From Candidatus Peregrinibacteria bacterium (lineage in GTDB: Bacteria > Patescibacteriota > Gracilibacteria > UM-FILTER-43-11), in contig JAZDOH010000030.1 of the NCBI GenBank assembly GCA_043798815.1, positions 1-30,620 of the forward strand: a stretch of DNA of 30,620 nucleotides. The letters run 5' to 3'. Positions 26,736-30,620 of this stretch are shown one piece after another. The notes under the pieces were generated by a model. It did no database searches and was not told the DNA's origin. It worked only from the letters and a program-made list of their open reading frames with translations. The position numbers and the translations under genes are program-made. Every line of letters begins with the position of its first letter. Within the stretch, counting starts at the first letter, position 1.

Positions 26736-27625
26736 GCGCTTTCTTCCCCTAATTCTTCCATGGCTTTTTTCATCATGCTTCTTGCTTGCGGATCTCGGCG
26801 AAGCAGTTCTTTAACCGTTTCCGGGTTGGCTCCCTTTAAGATTCTCAGCAGATCTTGTAGTAACCCCTGATCTGTTGCCAATCGGTTGACAATTGCCTCC
26901 AGGTTTGGAGATAACGGCGCTTCTGTTATTTTATCCGCCGTGTTGGGCCTGTAGGCACATACTTGATTGCGGCCATGCTCCTTTCCAAAATAAAGCGCTT
27001 GGTCTGCTCGCTCTTTCATAGTAGCTTCAGTAGAACTTTCCGCATCAAAAGTTGAACATCCAATCGTTACCGTTACCGGAGTATCGGTTTTTCCGGTTTC
27101 CGCTTCCACTGCTTGGCGCAAGTTTTCTGCCACGACAGTTGCTCCGTCTAAATCCGTTTCCGGTAAAATAACGGCAAATTCTTCGCCTCCATAACGGCAG
27201 ACCTCATCCGTAGGACGTCCGACATGCTCACTTATGATTCGCGCAACATTTTTTAAAACATGATCCCCGGCCACATGGCCGAGGGTGTCATTCACCCTTT
27301 TAAAGTGGTCGATATCGAGCAGAAGCATACTCAAGGGTCTGCCGGTTCTTTGAACCGTCCTTATCTCCCGTTCCATGGTTTCATCGTAGTGGCGGCGGTT
27401 CCCAAGCATGGTCAGGGGGTCGCGAAGAGCGAGATTTAACAATTCTTCGATTCTTCTTTGAAAATAAAGCACAGCACTTCTGCGCTCTTCTTCCGCTCCT
27501 CTTTCCAGCCTGGCAAAGGCGTTTTCATCAGCCGGAGTTAGCTGATTAGGAGACACAGCAACTTCTTCCGGCCTACCACCGTCAGATTTCCCACCCTGTA
27601 TTAATTGTAAGTGTGCTGGAGCCAT
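26732..27625 (-). CDS. Diguanylate cyclase (GGDEF domain)
   Basis: Motifs RDPLTMLGNRR, LDIDHFKRVNDTLGHVAGD, I-site RPTD, RYGGEEF, VTIGCS and ADQALYFGK..GRN. Confidence 0.95.
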   Translation of the reverse strand: MAPAHLQLIQGGKSDGGRPEEVAVSPNQLTPADENAFARLERGAEEERRSAVLYFQRRIEELLNLALRDPLTMLGNRRHYDETMEREIRTVQRTGRPLSMLLLDIDHFKRVNDTLGHVAGDHVLKNVARIISEHVGRPTDEVCRYGGEEFAVILPETDLDGATVVAENLRQAVEAETGKTDTPVTVTIGCSTFDAESSTEATMKERADQALYFGKEHGRNQVCAYRPNTADKITEAPLSPNLEAIVNRLATDQGLLQDLLRILKGANPETVKELLRRDPQARSMMKKAMEELGEESA

Positions 27626-27631
27626 CTTTAT

Positions 27632-27640
27632 ATTATACCA
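27632..27640 (-). promoter_or_regulatory. Extended -10 promoter, probably giving a leaderless GGDEF mRNA
   Basis: TGGTATAAT on the minus strand, with the hexamer ending 7 nt before the A of the ATG at 27625. Confidence 0.55.
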
Positions 27641-27647
27641 AAAAATC

Positions 27648-27675
27648 TTGCCTTTTTAAAGGTCATAGGTATAAT
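27648..27675 (+). promoter_or_regulatory. Putative fusA promoter
   Basis: TTGCCT, 16 nt spacer, TATAAT, which is the same form as the rpoB promoter. Confidence 0.6.
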
Positions 27676-27707
27676 TCCGTAGCTTGTATTTTTAATTGTT
27701 ATTTTTT

Positions 27708-29801
27708 ATGGCCGAAGCTATTCAACGCGCCCCCCTGGAAAAAGTCCGTAACTTTGGGATCATTGCCCACATCGATGCGGGGAAAACCACCGTTTCCGAG
27801 CGTATTCTTTATTACACGGGAGTGAACTATAAAATCGGGGAAGTGCACGAAGGGGAGGCCACCATGGACTGGATGGATCAAGAACAGGAACGCGGCATCA
27901 CCATCACCGCCGCTGCCACCACGTGTTTTTGGAAGGGGCATCAGTACAATATTATAGACACGCCCGGCCATGTGGATTTTACGGCCGAAGTGGAACGCAG
28001 CATGCGCGTGCTGGATGGCGGCGTTACCGTGTTCGACGGGGTGGCCGGCGTGGAACCTCAGTCGGAAACGGTTTGGCGCCAGGCGGATAAATATCACGTG
28101 CCCCGCATGTGTTTCATCAACAAGCTTGATCGCATGGGCGCCAGCTTTTATAAATCCTATGAAAGTATTTTAGATCGCCTAACCAAGCATGCGGCTCCAA
28201 TTCAAATCCCAATCGGAGTCGAAGCAGCTTTTAAAGGCCTCATCGACTTGGTAGCCATGAAGGCCACAATCTACAAAGATGATATGGGGAAAGAAATGGA
28301 AGAAATAGATATTCCGGCGGATATGAAGACAGAAGCTGAAAAGTGGCGCGCCACGCTCATCGAAAAAGTCGCGGAAGGGGATGACGCGTTAATGGAAAAG
28401 TACATCGAAGGAAAAATGCCCACGGCTGAAGAACTCAAAGCCGCCATTCGCCGCGCCACCATCAAGAACACGTTTGTGGCAGTGCTCGTTGGTTCCGCGC
28501 TGAAAAATAAAGGAGTTCAGCCGCTCCTGGATGCCGTGAACGACTACCTCCCTTCTCCTTTGGATATTCCTCCCGTGGAAGGACATTTAGAAGGCGATCC
28601 GGAAAAGAAAATCAGCTGTCCTCCGGATCCAAAAGGCCCTATGGCCGCGCTCGCGTTCAAAATCATGACAGATCCCTTTGTGGGACGCCTGGTGTTCGTC
28701 CGAGTGTATTCCGGAACCCTGAAAGCCGGTTCGTATGTGTATAATGTGTCGAAAGGGGAAAAAGAACGCGTGGGCCGCGTGCTCCAAATGCACGCCAACC
28801 ATCGGAAAGAAATCGATGAAATTCCCGCTGGGAATATCGGCGCGGTGGTCGGGCTCAAAAGCGCCCGCACCGGCAGTTCGCTGGTGAATGACGGCGATCC
28901 TGAATTGATTTTGGAATCAATCACCTTCCCGGAACCGGTTATCTCCATCGCCATTGAACCTAAAACCAAGGCGGATCAGGAGAAGATGGGAGTCGCCCTG
29001 CAAAAGCTGGCGGAAGAAGATCCAACCTTCCGTATTTTCACCGATCCGGAAACCAGCCAAACCATCATTTCCGGCATGGGCGAATTGCACTTAGAAATTC
29101 TCGTCGAACGCATGCGCCGTGAATTCAAAGTCGAAGCCAATGTGGGGCGGCCGCAAGTCGCCTACCGTGAGACCATTCAAAAAGAAGTGGAAGAGGAAGG
29201 TAAATACATCAAGCAAACCGGTGGCCGCGGACAATATGGCCACGTGTACCTGCGTGTTATTCCCAATGAACCCGGCAAAGGATTTGAATTTGTGGATAAG
29301 ATCGTGGGAGGTCGCATCCCGCGTGAATTCATCCCCGCGGTGGCAAAAGGAACCGAAGAAGCGCTTACCCGCGGTATTGTTGCCGGTTACCCGGTGGTGG
29401 ACGTAAAAGTCGAACTTTTCGACGGTTCATACCACGATGTGGACTCCTCGGAACTCGCGTTCAAAATGGCCGCTTCCATGTGCTTCCAATCTGCCTGCCG
29501 CAAAGCGAGCCCCGTTCTCCTCGAGCCAATCATGTCGGTCGAAGTCGTCACACCGGAAAATTTTATGGGAGACGTCATGGGTAACCTCAACTCCCGCCGC
29601 GGACAAATCGAAGCCATGGGAGATCGCGGAGTGGCCAAGACCATTCGAGCCAAAGTGCCGCTCTCCGAAATGTTCGGTTATTCCACCGATCTGCGCTCGA
29701 TGACCCAGGGCCGCGCCAGCTACACGATGGAATTCGCGTTCTATCAAAAAGTGCCGAACAACGTGGCTGAAAAGATCAAAGAAGCAAAAGGGATAAAATA
29801 A
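27708..29801 (+). CDS. fusA: Elongation factor G
   Basis: Motifs [46 protein letters not shown] and [11 protein letters not shown]. Confidence 0.99.
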   Translation: MAEAIQRAPLEKVRNFGIIAHIDAGKTTVSERILYYTGVNYKIGEVHEGEATMDWMDQEQERGITITAAATTCFWKGHQYNIIDTPGHVDFTAEVERSMRVLDGGVTVFDGVAGVEPQSETVWRQADKYHVPRMCFINKLDRMGASFYKSYESILDRLTKHAAPIQIPIGVEAAFKGLIDLVAMKATIYKDDMGKEMEEIDIPADMKTEAEKWRATLIEKVAEGDDALMEKYIEGKMPTAEELKAAIRRATIKNTFVAVLVGSALKNKGVQPLLDAVNDYLPSPLDIPPVEGHLEGDPEKKISCPPDPKGPMAALAFKIMTDPFVGRLVFVRVYSGTLKAGSYVYNVSKGEKERVGRVLQMHANHRKEIDEIPAGNIGAVVGLKSARTGSSLVNDGDPELILESITFPEPVISIAIEPKTKADQEKMGVALQKLAEEDPTFRIFTDPETSQTIISGMGELHLEILVERMRREFKVEANVGRPQVAYRETIQKEVEEEGKYIKQTGGRGQYGHVYLRVIPNEPGKGFEFVDKIVGGRIPREFIPAVAKGTEEALTRGIVAGYPVVDVKVELFDGSYHDVDSSELAFKMAASMCFQSACRKASPVLLEPIMSVEVVTPENFMGDVMGNLNSRRGQIEAMGDRGVAKTIRAKVPLSEMFGYSTDLRSMTQGRASYTMEFAFYQKVPNNVAEKIKEAKGIK

Positions 29802-29872
29802 TCTCTGTACGGATCCGACTTTTTTCTTTACAGACTTTGCGTTTTTTTGTTATAGTCATTCGTAGTCAAAAT

Positions 29873-30376
29873 ATGAAAAACAAACACCCTTTTAAGCCTT
29901 TGCGTTGGCTGTTGGATGTGGTGCCCAAGGGCATCGCGGTTTTTGCCATCGCCGCCGGCACCTACTACGCCTACGCGGAAATCACCTATCCTCCCCAGCC
30001 CTACGTCGTCACCGGCGTGGTGGGGCAGTTTGTAGGAGTGACGGCAGATGTTTATGATGGTTCTCCTGTGGGCTACCAAAACGTCAATGCTTTCTGCAGT
30101 GGAGGTACCGGAGATTTATCCGGGAGTCACGTTTGCACCGCCATGGAACTCATCAGCAGTTACAACGTGGGCAATCCGGTGATTGTCGCTCAGGGGGGAA
30201 GAGCTTGGTTTAATAATGGCCCCCCAGGGTACATCACCAATGTGGTGAATGATTGCACTGGCTGGAATAGCACTAGCAGCACGGTTTTTGGGGCGATCTG
30301 GAAGTTTAGTAGCCCCAGTAGCGCGAGCCTTTCTCCGTGCAACATTTCCAATTTGCCTTTTTCCTGTTGTAAATAA
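29873..30376 (+). CDS. Secreted or membrane-anchored Cys-rich hypothetical protein
   Basis: N-terminal hydrophobic helix and a Cys/Gly/Ser-rich domain ending FSCCK. The ATG at 29873 follows the -10-like TGTTATAGT. Confidence 0.7.
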   Translation: MKNKHPFKPLRWLLDVVPKGIAVFAIAAGTYYAYAEITYPPQPYVVTGVVGQFVGVTADVYDGSPVGYQNVNAFCSGGTGDLSGSHVCTAMELISSYNVGNPVIVAQGGRAWFNNGPPGYITNVVNDCTGWNSTSSTVFGAIWKFSSPSSASLSPCNISNLPFSCCK

Positions 30377-30384
30377 TTTCGATC

Positions 30385-30620
30385 ATGAAAAAATTCTTAC
30401 TGATCATCATTCTCCTTGGTTTCATTTTATCGCCTTCTTCTGTTTTTGCTCTCAGCGAAAGCTGTAATCCGGCAGTTTCATGCGATAAGGAAAAAGATTA
30501 TTACACTCAGAGTGGCAGATCAGATTGTTTTAAACACATCAGCGCTGTTTTGGGATCGATTGAAACCAGCTGTTCCGTTTCGAATCCGGAAGGCCAAACC
30601 TGGAGCTTCAGTTGCAGCCT
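30385..30620 (+). CDS. Secreted Cys-rich protein (partial; runs off the window)
   Basis: Not in the ORF track. I translated it as MKKFLLIIILLGFILSPSSVFALSESCNPAVSCDKEKDYY..., with a clear signal peptide and open to the window end. Confidence 0.7.
   Translation, partial: MKKFLLIIILLGFILSPSSVFALSESCNPAVSCDKEKDYYTQSGRSDCFKHISAVLGSIETSCSVSNPEGQTWSFSCS

Noticed and set aside
540-29747. Long antisense and alternative-frame ORFs overlapping core genes (for example 2902-3927, 15811-17223, 21617-22804)
   Set aside because: They are shadow ORFs of conserved genes caused by codon bias and have no recognisable motifs.
429-29801. Alternative genetic code (TGA = Gly, code 25)
   Set aside because: All core genes are full length under code 11 with no internal TGA, and the SLH gene ends plausibly at TGA.

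Overview
This is a core-genome window from a bacterium that looks like Patescibacteria/CPR, probably Peregrinibacteria-like. That assignment is inferred from the SLH-domain protein, T-rich start regions without Shine-Dalgarno motifs, and rpoC-rpsL coupling. All core genes are intact under standard code 11. Housekeeping genes are murA, pheS, rpiB-rpe, tRNA-Arg(GCG), ftsE, purM, dprA, rpoB, ssb, rpoC, rpsL, rpsG and fusA, interleaved with single AT-rich accessory genes. The main unexplained structure is an intergenic repeat family with five copies in the window and a long dyad core (AAGTGTCCCTTTTT-N~17-AAAAAGGGACACTT). Inverted pairs of this repeat bracket two AT-rich cargo genes. The first cargo is a DUF262/GmrSD-HNH-Schlafen(AlbA_2) fusion, a candidate anti-phage protein, lying beside a short tyrosine recombinase with degenerate catalytic residues. 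The second cargo is a membrane protein gene within an insert that splits the rpsG-fusA operon. Other oddities are a tandem 3'-half tRNA copy whose T-arm is replaced by a GC hairpin, ssb between rpoB and rpoC, and a tandem-repeat insertion in RpoB. All alignments were done by eye and no database searches were run.
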